Positions 14,252-28,546 of a stretch of 64,000 nucleotides of DNA are shown here, one piece after another. Position numbers and translations under genes: made by a program. Within the stretch, counting starts at the first letter, position 1; the number at the start of each line of letters is the position of its first letter. This DNA is from the human T2T-CHM13v2.0 reference genome, Homo sapiens: the NCBI GenBank assembly GCA_009914755.4, contig CP086569.2, positions 28,000,001 through 28,064,000 on the forward strand, written 5' to 3'. Below the pieces are notes generated by a model that did no database searches, was not told the origin of the DNA, and worked only from the letters and a program-made list of their open reading frames with translations.

Positions 14252-17200
14252 CTCGAATTTCATGAAACGGAATGGAATGAATTGGAACGGAATGGACTCG
14301 AATGGAATGGAATGTCATGGAATGGCATCAAATGGAATGGCATCAAATGGAATGGAATCGAATGCAATGGAATGCTATGGAATGGAATGGAATGCATTGG
14401 AATGGAATGTCCTCTAATGGAATGGATTCGAGTGGAATGGAATCGAATATAATGGAGTCGAATGAAATGGAATTGAAAGGAATGGGATCGAATACAATGG
14501 AATATACTGGAATGTAACGTAATGAAGTCGAATGTAATTGACTGGAATGGAATGTACATGAATGGAATGTAATCAAATGGAAAGTAATCCAATGGAATAG
14601 AATCTAATGCAATAAAATCGACTCAGATAGAGTAGAATGTAATGGAATGGAGTGCAGTGCAATGGAATGGAATGGAATGGAATGCAATGGAATGGAATGG
14701 AATGGGATGGAATGGTATGGAATGGAATGGAATGGAATGGAATGGGATGGAATGGTATGGAATGGATAGTAATGGATTGGAATGAAGTGGACAGGAAAGG
14801 AATGGACTCAAATTGAAAGGGCTCGAAAGGAATGGAGTCAAATGGAATGGTCTGGAATGGAATGAACACGAATGTAATGCAATCCAATAGAATGGAATCG
14901 AATGGCATGGAATATAAAGAAATGGAATCGAAGAGAATGGAAACAAACGGAATGGAATTGAATGGAATGGAATTGAATGGAATGGGAACGAATGGAGTGA
15001 AATTGTATGCAGTAGAAGAGAATAGAATGGAATGCAAGCGAAAGGAAAGGAATGGATTGGAATGGAATGGAATTCATTGGAATGGAAGGGAATGTAGTGT
15101 AATGGACAGGCCTGGAATAAAGTGGAATGCTACGGTCTCGAATGGAATAAAAATGTATGGAATGGAATGCAATGAAACGGAATCGAATGTCATAGAATGT
15201 AATGGAATGCAAAAAAATGGACTCCGAAATCATTGACTGGAAAGGCTGGGTGTCGAAAGGAATTGACTCCAATGGAATGGAATCGAATGGAATGGAAGTG
15301 AATAGAATCGAACTAAATCGAATGGAATGGAATTGATAGGAACTGAATGGAAAGGAATGAAATGATTTGGCATGGAATGGAATCGAATGGCATCGAATGG
15401 AATGGAATGGAATGCAATGCAATGGAATGTATTAGAATGTAATGAACTTTAATGGAATGTACTCGAATGGATTCGACTGGAATGGAATGTTCTGGAAGTG
15501 AATGGACTCCAATGGAATGGATTGAAAAGGAATGGAATCGTACGGAATGGAATCTAATGGAATGGAATTAAATGGAAATGAATGAAATTGAATAGCACGG
15601 AATTGAATTGAATGGAATCGAATGCAATGGAATCTAATGAAACGGAAAGAAAAGGAATGGAATGGAATGGAATGGGCTGGAATGGAAAGGAATCGAAACG
15701 AATGGAATGGAATCGAACTGAGGAGACTGGAATGGAATGCACTTCAACGGAAGGGAGTGTAATGGAAGGTTCTCGAAAAAAATGGAAACGAATGGAATGG
15801 AATTGAATGGAACGGAATAGAGTCGAATGGAATTGAATGGAATGGAATGGACTAGAGTGAAATGGAATCGAACCACAAGGAATGGACAGGAATAGAATGG
15901 TCTCGAATTGAATGGAATCGTATGGAATGGCATCAAACGGAATGGAATGGACAGCCACGGAATGGAATGCACTCGAATGCAATGGAGTCGAAACTAATGG
16001 ACTGGAATAGAATGGACTCGACTGGTACGGACTCCAATGGAATGGAATCGAATGGAAGGGAATCGAACGCAATGGACTCGAAGGGAAAAGACTGCAATGG
16101 AAAGGTCTCGAATGGAATGGAAATTAATGGAATGGAATGGAATCGAATGAAATGGAGTCAAAAGGAATGGAATTGAATGGCAAGAAATCGAATGTAATGG
16201 AATCACAAGGAATTGATGTGAACGGAACGGAATGGAATGGAATCCAAAGGAATGGAATAGAATGGAATGGAATCGAATGGAAAGGACTCGAATGGAAATC
16301 ACTCGAATAGAATGCAATTTAATAAAATAGGATGAAATGTAATGGAATGGAATGGAAAGGAATCGAAACGAAAGGAATGGAGACAGATGGAATGGAATGG
16401 AACAGAGAGCAATGGTATAGAATGGAATGGAATCATCTGGAATGGAATTGAATGGAATGGAATAATATGAAATGGAATGGAATGGAATGGAATGCCCTTG
16501 AATTAAATGGACTGGAATGGAATGGACTCGAACAGAGTGGAATGGAAAGTGTTGAGATAGAATGGAATGGACTCCTTTGGAATGGTCTAGTATGCAATGC
16601 AATGGACTGGCAGGGAATCAAAAGGAATGTAATCGAATGGATTGGACTGGAATGCAATGGACTCGAATAGATTGGAAACGGAATGCAAAGGAATGGAATG
16701 GAATAGTATGGAATGGAATGGAAAGGAATGGAGTGGAATAGACTAGAGTGGAATGGAATGGACTCGAAAGCAATGGACTGGAATGGAACTTTCTTGAATG
16801 GACTGGAATCAAACGGAATGGAATGCAATGCAATCAAATGGCATGGAATAAAATAGAATGAAAGAGAATCAAATGGAATTGAATCGAATGGAATCGAATG
16901 GATTGGAAAGGAATAGAATGGAATGGAATGGAATTGACTCAAATGGAATGGACTAGAATGGAATGGATTCGAATGGAAGGCAAAGGAATGGAATCTATTG
17001 GAATGGACAGCAATGGAATGGAAAGGAAGGGATTGGAATGGACTCGAATGGAATGGACTGCAATAGAAAGGATTCGAATGGAATGAAAAAGAATTGAATG
17101 GAATAGAACAGAATGGAATCAAATCGAATGAAATGGAATGGAATAGAAAGGAATGGAATGAAATGGAATGGAAAGGATTCGAATGGAATGCAATCGAATG

Positions 17201-17825
17201 GAATGGAATCGAACGGAATGGAATAAAATGGAAGCAAACTGGCAAGAAATGGAATCGAAATGAATGGAGTGTTATGGAACGGACTCCAAAGGAATTGAAT
17301 GTAATAGAATGGAGTGGAGTGGACTCGAATATAATGGACTGGAATGGAATGAAATCACATGGAATGGGAACGAATGGAATGGAATGGAAAGGAATGGAAT
17401 CGAATGGAAAGGAATCGAATGGAAGGGAATGAAATTGAATCAACAGGAATGGAAGGGAATAGAATAGACGGTAATGGAATGGACTCGAATAGAATGGACA
17501 CGAATGCTCAAATTGAATGGACTCGAATGGAATGGAAACGAAAGGAATGTCATCGAATGGAATTGAATCGATTGGAATGAAATGGCATAGAATGGAGTGG
17601 AATCAAATGGAATTGAATCGAAAGGAAAGGAAGCGAATGGACTGAAATGAAATGGAATGGAATTGAATGGAAAGGAAAGCAATGGAATAGAATGGAACGA
17701 AATTTCACGGAATGGAATCAAACTGAATGGAATCAAATCAATGGAATATAATCAAATGGAATGGAAAGGAATTGATTGGAGTAGATGGGATTGGATGGGA
17801 TTGGAATGAAATGTACTGGAAAGGA
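14252..17825 (+). repeat. HOR unit 5, 3574 bp (long variant).
   Basis: Landmark spacing is 3574 bp. Confidence 0.9.
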
Positions 17826-20800
17826 CTCGAATTTCATGAAACGGAATGGAATGAATTGGAACGGAATGGACTCGAATGGAATGGAATGTCATGGAATGGC
17901 ATCAAATGGAATGGCATCAAATGGAATGGAATCGAATGCAATGGAATGCTATGGAATGGAATGGAATGCATTGGAATGGAATGTCCTCTAATGGAATGGA
18001 TTCGAGTGGAATGGAATCGAATATAATGGAGTCGAATGAAATGGAATTGAAAGGAAAGGGATCGAATACAATGGAATATACTGGAATGTAATGTAATGAA
18101 CTCGAATGTAATTGACTGGAATGGAATGTACATAAATGGAATGTAATCAAATGGAAAGTAATCCAATGGAATAGAATCTAATGCAATAAAATCGACTCAG
18201 ATAGAGTAGAATGTAATGGAATGGAGTGCAGTGCAATGGAATGGAATGGAATGGAATGCAATGGAATGGAATGGAATGGGATGGAATTGTATGGAATGGA
18301 ATGGAATGGAATGGAATGGGATGGAATGGTATGGAATGGATAGAAATGGACTGGAGTGAAATGGACTGGAAAGGAATGGACTCAAATTGAAAGGGCTCGA
18401 AAGGAATGGAGTCAAATGGAATGGTCTGGAATGGAATGAACACGAATGTAATGCAATCCAATAGAATGGAATCGAATGGCATGGAATATAAAGAAATGGA
18501 ATCGAAGAGAATGGAAACAAACGGAATGGAATTGAATGGAATGGAATTGAATGGAATGGGAACGAATGGAGTGAAATTGTATGCAGTAGAAGAGAATACA
18601 ATGGAATGCAAGCGAAAGGAAAGGAATGGATTGGAATGGAATGGAATTCATTGGAATGGAAGGGAATGTAGTGTAATGGACAGGCCTGGAATAAAGTGGA
18701 ATGCTACGGTCTCGAATGGAATAAAAATGTATGGAATGGAATGCAATGAAACGGAATCGAATGTCATAGAATGTAATGGAATGCAAAAAAATGGACTCCG
18801 AAATCATTGACTGGAAAGGCTGGGTGTCGAAAGGAATTGACTCCAATGGAATGGAATCGAATGGAATGGAAGTGAATAGAATCGAACTAAATCGAATGGA
18901 ATGGAATTGATAGGAACTGAATGGAAAGGAATGAAATGATTTGGCATGGAATGGAATCGAATGGCATCGAATGGAATGGAATGGAATGCAATGCAATGGA
19001 ATGTATTAGAATGTAATGAACTTTAATGGAATGTACTCGAATGGATTCGACTGGAATGGAATGTTCTGGAAGTGAATGGACTCCAATGGAATGGATTGAA
19101 AAGGAATGGAATCGTACGGAATGGAATCTAATGGAATGGAATTAAATGGAAATGAATCAAATTGAATAGCACGGAATTGAATTGAATGGAATCGAATGCA
19201 ATGGAATCTAATGAAACGGAAAGAAAAGGAATGGAATGGAATGGAATGGGCTGGAATGGAAAGGAATCGAAACGAATGGAATGGAATCGAACTGAGGAGA
19301 CTGGAATGGAATGCACTTCAACGGAAGGGAGTGTAATGGAAGGTTCTCGAAAAAAATGGAAACGAATGGAATGGAATTGAATGGAACGGAATAGAGTCGA
19401 ATGGAATTGAATGGAATGGAATGGACTAGAGTGAAATGGAATCGAACCACAAGGAATGGACAGGAATAGAATGGTCTCGAATTGAATGGAATCGTATGGA
19501 ATGGCATCAAACGGAATGGAATGGACAGCCACGGAATGGAATGCACTCGAATGCAATGGAGTCGAAACTAATGGACTGGAATAGAATGGACTCGACTGGT
19601 ACGGACTCCAATGGAATGGAATCGAATGGAAGGGAATCGAACGCAATGGACTCGAAGGGAAAAGACTGCAATGGAAAGGTCTCGAATGGAATGGAAATTA
19701 ATGGAATGGAATGGAATCGAATGAAATGGAGTCAAAAGGAATGGAATTGAATGGCAAGAAATCGAATGTAATGGAATCACAAGGAATTGATGTGAACGGA
19801 ACGGAATGGAATGGAATCCAAAGGAATGGAATAGAATGGAATGGAATCGAATGGAAAGGACTCGAATGGAAATCACTCGAATAGAATGCAATTTAATAAA
19901 ATAGGATGAAATGTAATGGAATGGAATGGAAAGGAATCGAAACGAAAGGAATGGAGACAGATGGAATGGAATGGAACAGAGAGCAATGGTATAGAATGGA
20001 ATGGAATCATCTGGAATGGAATTGAATGGAATGGAATAATATGAAATGGAATGGAATGGAATGGAATGCCCTTGAATTAAATGGACTGGAATGGAATGGA
20101 CTCGAACAGAGTGGAATGGAAAGTGTTGAGATAGAATGGAATGGACTCCTTTGGAATGGTCTAGTATGCAATGCAATGGACTGGCAGGGAATCAAAAGGA
20201 ATGTAATCGAATGGATTGGACTGGAATGCAATGGACTCGAATAGATTGGAAACGGAATGCAAAGGAATGGAATGGAATAGTATGGAATGGAATGGAAAGG
20301 AATGGAGTGGAATAGACTAGAGTGGAATGGAATGGACTCGAAAGCAATGGACTGGAATGGAACTTTCTTGAATGGACTGGAATCAAACGGAATGGAATGC
20401 AATGCAATCAAATGGCATGGAATAAAATAGAATGAAAGAGAATCAAATGGAATTGAATCGAATGGAATCGAATGGATTGGAAAGGAATAGAATGGAATGG
20501 AATGGAATTGACTCAAATGGAATGGACTAGAATGGAATGGATTCGAATGGAAGGCAAAGGAATGGAATCTATTGGAATGGACAGCAATGGAATGGAAAGG
20601 AAGGGATTGGAATGGACTCGAATGGAATGGACTGCAATAGAAAGGATTCGAATGGAATGAAAAAGAATTGAATGGAATAGAACAGAATGGAATCAAATCG
20701 AATGAAATGGAATGGAATAGAAAGGAATGGAATGAAATGGAATGGAAAGGATTCGAATGGAATGCAATCGAATGGAATGGAATCGAACGGAATGGAATAA

Positions 20801-21399
20801 AATGGAAGCAAACTGGCAAGAAATGGAATCGAAATGAATGGAGTGTTATGGAACGGACTCCAAAGGAATTGAATGTAATAGAATGGAGTGGAGTGGACTC
20901 GAATATAATGGACTGGAATGGAATGAAATCACATGGAATGGGAACGAATGGAATGGAATGGAAAGGAATGGAATCGAATGGAAAGGAATCGAATGGAAGG
21001 GAATGAAATTGAATCAACAGGAATGGAAGGGAATAGAATAGACGGTAATGGAATGGACTCGAATAGAATGGACACGAATGCTCAAATTGAATGGACTCGA
21101 ATGGAATGGAAACGAAAGGAATGTCATCGAATGGAATTGAATCGATTGGAATGAAATGGCATAGAATGGAGTGGAATCAAATGGAATTGAATCGAAAGGA
21201 AAGGAAGCGAATGGACTGAAATGAAATGGAATGGAATTGAATGGAAAGGAAAGCAATGGAATAGAATGGAACGAAATTTCACGGAATGGAATCAAACTGA
21301 ATGGAATCAAATCAATGGAATATAATCAAATGGAATGGAAAGGAATTGATTGGAGTAGATGGGATTGGATGGGATTGGAATGAAATGTACTGGAAAGGA
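17826..21399 (+). repeat. HOR unit 6, 3574 bp (long variant, sub-block 6-8).
   Basis: Landmark spacing is 3574 bp. It shares private variants with units 7 and 8: 'cataaatgg', 'aaaggaaaggg', 'gaatacaatgg' and 'ggaattgtatgg'. Confidence 0.9.
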
Positions 21400-24300
21400 C
21401 TCGAATTTCATGAAACGGAATGGAATGAATTGGAACGGAATGGACTCGAATGGAATGGAATGTCATGGAATGGCATCAAATGGAATGGCATCAAATGGAA
21501 TGGAATCGAATGCAATGGAATGCTATGGAATGGAATGGAATGCATTGGAATGGAATGTCCTCTAATGGAATGGATTCGAGTGGAATGGAATCGAATATAA
21601 TGGAGTCGAATGAAATGGAATTGAAAGGAAAGGGATCGAATACAATGGAATATACTGGAATGTAATGTAATGAACTCGAATGTAATTGACTGGAATGGAA
21701 TGTACATAAATGGAATGTAATCAAATGGAAAGTAATCCAATGGAATAGAATCTAATGCAATAAAATCGACTCAGATAGAGTAGAATGTAATGGAATGGAG
21801 TGCAGTGCAATGGAATGGAATGGAATGGAATGCAATGGAATGGAATGGAATGGGATGGAATTGTATGGAATGGAATGGAATGGAATGGAATGGGATGGAA
21901 TGGTATGGAATGGATAGAAATGGACTGGAGTGAAGTGGACTGGAAAGGAATGGACTCAAATTGAAAGGGCTCGAAAGGAATGGAGTCAAATGGAATGGTC
22001 TGGAATGGAATGAACACGAATGTAATGCAATCCAATAGAATGGAATCGAATGGCATGGAATATAAAGAAATGGAATCGAAGAGAATGGAAACAAACGGAA
22101 TAGAATTGAATGGAATGGAATTGAATGGAATGGGAACGAATGGAGTGAAATTGTATGCAGTAGAAGAGAATACAATGGAATGCAAGCGAAAGGAAAGGAA
22201 TGGATTGGAATGGAATGGAATTCATTGGAATGGAAGGGAATGTAGTGTAATGGACAGGCCTGGAATAAAGTGGAATGCTACGGTCTCGAATGGAATAAAA
22301 ATGTATGGAATGGAATGCAATGAAACGGAATCGAATGTCATAGAATGTAATGGAATGCAAAAAAATGGACTCCGAAATCATTGACTGGAAAGGCTGGGTG
22401 TCGAAAGGAATTGACTCCAATGGAATGGAATCGAATGGAATGGAAGTGAATAGAATCGAACTAAATCGAATGGAATGGAATTGATAGGAACTGAATGGAA
22501 AGGAATGAAATGATTTGGCATGGAATGGAATCGAATGGCATCGAATGGAATGGAATGGAATGCAATGCAATGGAATGTATTAGAATGTAATGAACTTTAA
22601 TGGAATGTACTCGAATGGATTCGACTGGAATGGAATGTTCTGGAAGTGAATGGACTCCAATGGAATGGATTGAAAAGGAATGGAATCGTACGGAATGGAA
22701 TCTAATGGAATGGAATTAAATGGAAATGAATGAAATTGAATAGCACGGAATTGAATTGAATGGAATCGAATGCAATGGAATCTAATGAAACGGAAAGAAA
22801 AGGAATGGAATGGAATGGAATGGGCTGGAATGGAAAGGAATCGAAACGAATGGAATGGAATCGAACTGAGGAGACTGGAATGGAATGCACTTCAACGGAA
22901 GGGAGTGTAATGGAAGGTTCTCGAAAAAAATGGAAACGAATGGAATGGAATTGAATGGAACGGAATAGAGTCGAATGGAATTGAATGGAATGGAATGGAC
23001 TAGAGTGAAATGGAATCGAACCACAAGGAATGGACAGGAATAGAATGGTCTCGAATTGAATGGAATCGTATGGAATGGCATCAAACGGAATGGAATGGAC
23101 AGCCACGGAATGGAATGCACTCGAATGCAATGGAGTCGAAACTAATGGACTGGAATAGAATGGACTCGACTGGTACGGACTCCAATGGAATGGAATCGAA
23201 TGGAAGGGAATCGAACGCAATGGACTCGAAGGGAAAAGACTGCAATGGAAAGGTCTCGAATGGAATGGAAATTAATGGAATGGAATGGAATCGAATGAAA
23301 TGGAGTCAAAAGGAATGGAATTGAATGGCAAGAAATCGAATGTAATGGAATCACAAGGAATTGATGTGAACGGAACGGAATGGAATGGAATCCAAAGGAA
23401 TGGAATAGAATGGAATGGAATCGAATGGAAAGGACTCGAATGGAAATCACTCGAATAGAATGCAATTTAATAAAATAGGATGAAATGTAATGGAATGGAA
23501 TGGAAAGGAATCGAAACGAAAGGAATGGAGACAGATGGAATGGAATGGAACAGAGAGCAATGGTATAGAATGGAATGGAATCATCTGGAATGGAATTGAA
23601 TGGAATGGAATAATATGAAATGGAATGGAATGGAATGGAATGCCCTTGAATTAAATGGACTGGAATGGAATGGACTCGAACAGAGTGGAATGGAAAGTGT
23701 TGAGATAGAATGGAATGGACTCCTTTGGAATGGTCTAGTATGCAATGCAATGGACTGGCAGGGAATCAAAAGGAATGTAATCGAATGGATTGGACTGGAA
23801 TGCAATGGACTCGAATAGATTGGAAACGGAATGCAAAGGAATGGAATGGAATAGTATGGAATGGAATGGAAAGGAATGGAGTGGAATAGACTAGAGTGGA
23901 ATGGAATGGACTCGAAAGCAATGGACTGGAATGGAACTTTCTTGAATGGACTGGAATCAAACGGAATGGAATGCAATGCAATCAAATGGCATGGAATAAA
24001 ATAGAATGAAAGAGAATCAAATGGAATTGAATCGAATGCAATCGAATGGATTGGAAAGGAATAGAATGGAATGGAATGGAATTGACTCAAATGGAATGGA
24101 CTAGAATGGAATGGATTCGAATGGAAGGCAAAGGAATGGAATCTATTGGAATGGACAGCAATGGAATGGAAAGGAAGGGATTGGAATGGACTCGAATGGA
24201 ATGGACTGCAATAGAAAGGATTCGAATGGAATGAAAAAGAATTGAATGGAATAGAACAGAATGGAATCAAATCGAATGAAATGGAATGGAATAGAAAGGA

Positions 24301-24973
24301 ATGGAATGAAATGGAATGGAAAGGATTCGAATGGAATGCAATCGAATGGAATGGAATCGAACGGAATGGAATAAAATGGAAGCAAACTGGCAAGAAATGG
24401 AATCGAAATGAATGGAGTGTTATGGAACGGACTCCAAAGGAATTGAATGTAATAGAATGGAGTGGAGTGGACTCGAATATAATGGACTGGAATGGAATGA
24501 AATCACATGGAATGGGAACGAATGGAATGGAATGGAAAGGAATGGAATCGAATGGAAAGGAATCGAATGGAAGGGAATGAAATTGAATCAACAGGAATGG
24601 AAGGGAATAGAATAGACGGTAATGGAATGGACTCGAATAGAATGGACACGAATGCTCAAATTGAATGGACTCGAATGGAATGGAAACGAAAGGAATGTCA
24701 TCGAATGGAATTGAATCGATTGGAATGAAATGGCATAGAATGGAGTGGAATCAAATGGAATTGAATCGAAAGGAAAGGAAGCGAATGGACTGAAATGAAA
24801 TGGAATGGAATTGAATGGAAAGGAAAGCAATGGAATAGAATGGAACGAAATTTCACGGAATGGAATCAAACTGAATGGAATCAAATCAATGGAATATAAT
24901 CAGATGGAATGGAAAGGAATTGATTGGAGTAGATGGGATTGGATGGGATTGGAATGAAATGTACTGGAAAGGA
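21400..24973 (+). repeat. HOR unit 7, 3574 bp (long variant, sub-block 6-8).
   Basis: Landmark spacing is 3574 bp. Confidence 0.9.
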
Positions 24974-27900
24974 CTCGAATTTCATGAAACGGAATGGAAT
25001 GAATTGGAACGGAATGGACTCGAATGGAATGGAATGTCATGGAATGGCATCAAATGGAATGGCATCAAATGGAATGGAATCGAATGCAATGGAATGCTAT
25101 GGAATGGAATGGAATGCATTGGAATGGAATGTCCTCTAATGGAATGGATTCGAGTGGAATGGAATCGAATATAATGGAGTCGAATGAAATGGAATTGAAA
25201 GGAAAGGGATCGAATACAATGGAATATACTGGAATGTAATGTAATGAACTCGAATGTAATTGACTGGAATGGAATGTACATAAATGGAATGTAATCAAAT
25301 GGAAAGTAATCCAATGGAATAGAATCTAATGCAATAAAATCGACTCAGATAGAGTAGAATGTAATGGAATGGAGTGCAGTGCAATGGAATGGAATGGAAT
25401 GGAATGCAATGGAATGGAATGGAATGGGATGGAATTGTATGGAATGGAATGGAATGGAATGGAATGGGATGGAATGGTATGGAATGGATAGAAATGGACT
25501 GGAGTGAAATGGACTGGAAAGGAATGGACTCAAATTGAAAGGGCTCGAAAGGAATGGAGTCAAATGGAATGGTCTGGAATGGAATGAACACGAATGTAAT
25601 GCAATCCAATAGAATGGAATCGAATGGCATGGAATATAAAGAAATGGAATCGAAGAGAATGGAAACAAACGGAATGGAATTGAATGGAATGGAATTGAAT
25701 GGAATGGGAACGAATGGAGTGAAATTGTATGCAGTAGAAGAGAATACAATGGAATGCAAGCGAAAGGAAAGGAATGGATTGGAATGGAATGGAATTCATT
25801 GGAATGGAAGGGAATGTAGTGTAATGGACAGGCCTGGAATAAAGTGGAATGCTACGGTCTCGAATGGAATAAAAATGTATGGAATGGAATGCAATGAAAC
25901 GGAATCGAATGTCATAGAATGTAATGGAATGCAAAAAAATTTACTCCAAAATCATTGACTGGAAAGGCTGGGTGTCGAAAGGAATTGACTCCAATGGAAT
26001 GGAATCGAATGGAATGGAAGTGAATAGAATCGAACTAAATCGAATGGAATGGAATTGATAGGAACGGAATGGAAAGGAATGAAATGATTTGGCATGGAAT
26101 GGAATCGAATGGCATCGAATGGAATGGAATGGAATGCAATGCAATGGAATGTATTAGAATGTAATGAACTTTAATGGAATGTACTCGAATGGATTCGACT
26201 GGAATGGAATGTTCTGGAAGTGAATGGACTCCAATGGAATGGATTGAAAAGGAATGGAATCGTACGGAATGGAATCTAATGGAATGGAATTAAATGGAAA
26301 TGAATGAAATTGAATACCACGGAATTGAATTGAATGGAATCGAATGCAATGCAATCTAATGAAACGGAAAGGAAAGGAATGGAATGGAATGGAATGGGCT
26401 GGAATGGAAAGGAATCGAAACGAATGGAATGGAATCGAACTGAAGAGACTGGAATGGAATGCACTGGAATGGAAGGGAGTGTAATGGAAGGTTCTCGAAA
26501 AAAATGGAATCGAATGGAATGGAATTGAATGGAACGGAATAGAGTCGAATGGAATTGAATGGAATGGAATGGACTAGAGTGAAATGGAATCGAACCACAA
26601 GGAATGGACAGGAACAGAATGGTCTCGAATTGAATGGAATCGTATGGAATGGCATCAAACGGAATGGAATGGACAGCCACGGAATGGAATGCACTCGAAT
26701 GCAATGGAGTCGAAACTAATGGACTGGAATAGAATGGACTCGACTGGTACGGACTCCAATGGAATGGAATCGAATGGAAGGGAATCGAACGGAATGGACT
26801 CGAAGGGAAAAGACTGCAATGGAAAGGTCTCGAATGGAATGGAAATTAATGGAATGGAATGGAATCGAATGAAATGGAGTCAATAGGAATGGAATCGAAT
26901 GGCAAGAAATCGAATGTAATGGAATCGCAAGGAATTGATGTGAATGGAACGGAATGGAATGGAATTCAAAGAAATGGAATAGAATGGAATGGAATCGAAT
27001 GGAAAGAACTCGAATGGAAATCACTCGAACAGAATGCAATTTAATAAAATAGGATGAAATGTAATGGAATGGAATGGAAAGGAATCGAAACGAAAGGAAT
27101 GGAGACAGATGGAATGGAATGGAACAGATAGCAATGGTATAGAATGGAATGGAATCATCTGGAATGGAATTGAATGGAATGGAATAATATGAAATGGAAT
27201 GGAATGGAATGGAATGCCCTTGAATTAAATGGACTGGAATGGAATGGACTCGAACAGAGTGGAATGGAAAGTGTTGAGATAGAATGGAATGGACTCCTTT
27301 GGAATGTCTAGTATGCAATGCAATGGACTGGCAGGGAATCAAAAGGAATGTAATCGAATGGATTGGACTGGAATGCAATGGACTCGAATAGATTGGAAAC
27401 GGAATGCAAAGGAATGGAATGGAATAGTATGGAATGGAATGGAAAGGAATGGAGTGGAATAGACTAGAGTGGAATGGAATGGACTCGAAAGCAATGGACT
27501 GGAATGGAACTTTCTTGAATGGACTGGAATCAAACGGAATGGAATGCAATGCAATCAAATGGCATGGAATAAAATAGAATGAAAGAGAATCAAATGGAAT
27601 TGAATCGAATGCAATCGAATGGATTGGAAAGGAATAGAATGGAATGGAATGGAATTGACTCAAATGGAATGGACTAGAATGGAATGGATTCGAATGGAAG
27701 GCAAAGGAATGGAATCTATTGGAATGGACAGCAATGGAATGGAAAGGAAGGGATTGGAATGGACTCGAATGGAATGGACTGCAATAGAAAGGATTCGAAT
27801 GGAATGAAAAAGAATTGAATGGAATAGAACAGAATGGAATCAAATCGAATGAAATGGAATGGAATAGAAAGGAATGGAATGAAATGGAATGGAAAGGATT

Positions 27901-28546
27901 CGAATGGAATGCAATCGAATGGAATGGAATCGAACGGAATGGAATAAAATGGAAGCAAACTGGCAAGAAATGGAATCGAAATGAATGGAGTGTTATGGAA
28001 CGGACTCCAAAGGAATTGAATGTAATAGAATGGAGTGGAGTGGACTCGAATATAATGGACTGGAATGGAATGAAATCACATGGAATGGGAACGAATGGAA
28101 TGGAATGGAAAGGAATGGAATCGAATGGAAAGGAATCGAATGGAAGGGAATGAAATTGAATCAACAGGAATGGAAGGGAATAGAATAGACGGTAATGGAA
28201 TGGACTCGAATAGAATGGACACGAATGCTCAAATTGAATGGACTCGAATGGAATGGAAACGAAAGGAATGTCATCGAATGGAATTGAATCGATTGGAATG
28301 AAATCGCATAGAATGGAGTGGAATCAAATGGAATTGAATCGAAAGGAAAGGAAGCGAATGGACTGAAATGAAATGGAATGGAATTGAATGGAAAGTAAAG
28401 CAATGGAATAGAATGGAACGAAATTTCACGGAATGGAATCAAACTGAATGGAATCAAATCAATGGAATATAATCAAATGGAATGGAAAGGAATTGAATGG
28501 AGTAGATGGGATTGGATGGGATTGGAATGAAATGTACTGGAAAGGA
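24974..28546 (+). repeat. HOR unit 8, 3573 bp (long variant with a 1-bp deletion).
   Basis: Landmark spacing is 3573 bp. It reads 'tttggaatgtctag' at about 27301-27310 where the other units read 'tttggaatggtctag'. It is the last unit carrying the 40-bp duplication. Confidence 0.9.

Noticed and set aside
26716-28164. A uniquely long 482-aa ORF in unit 8.
   Set aside because: It arises from a single-G deletion at about 27307, 'ggaatgtctag' against 'ggaatggtctag'. This deletion fuses two overlapping artefactual ORFs that are in different frames in every other unit.
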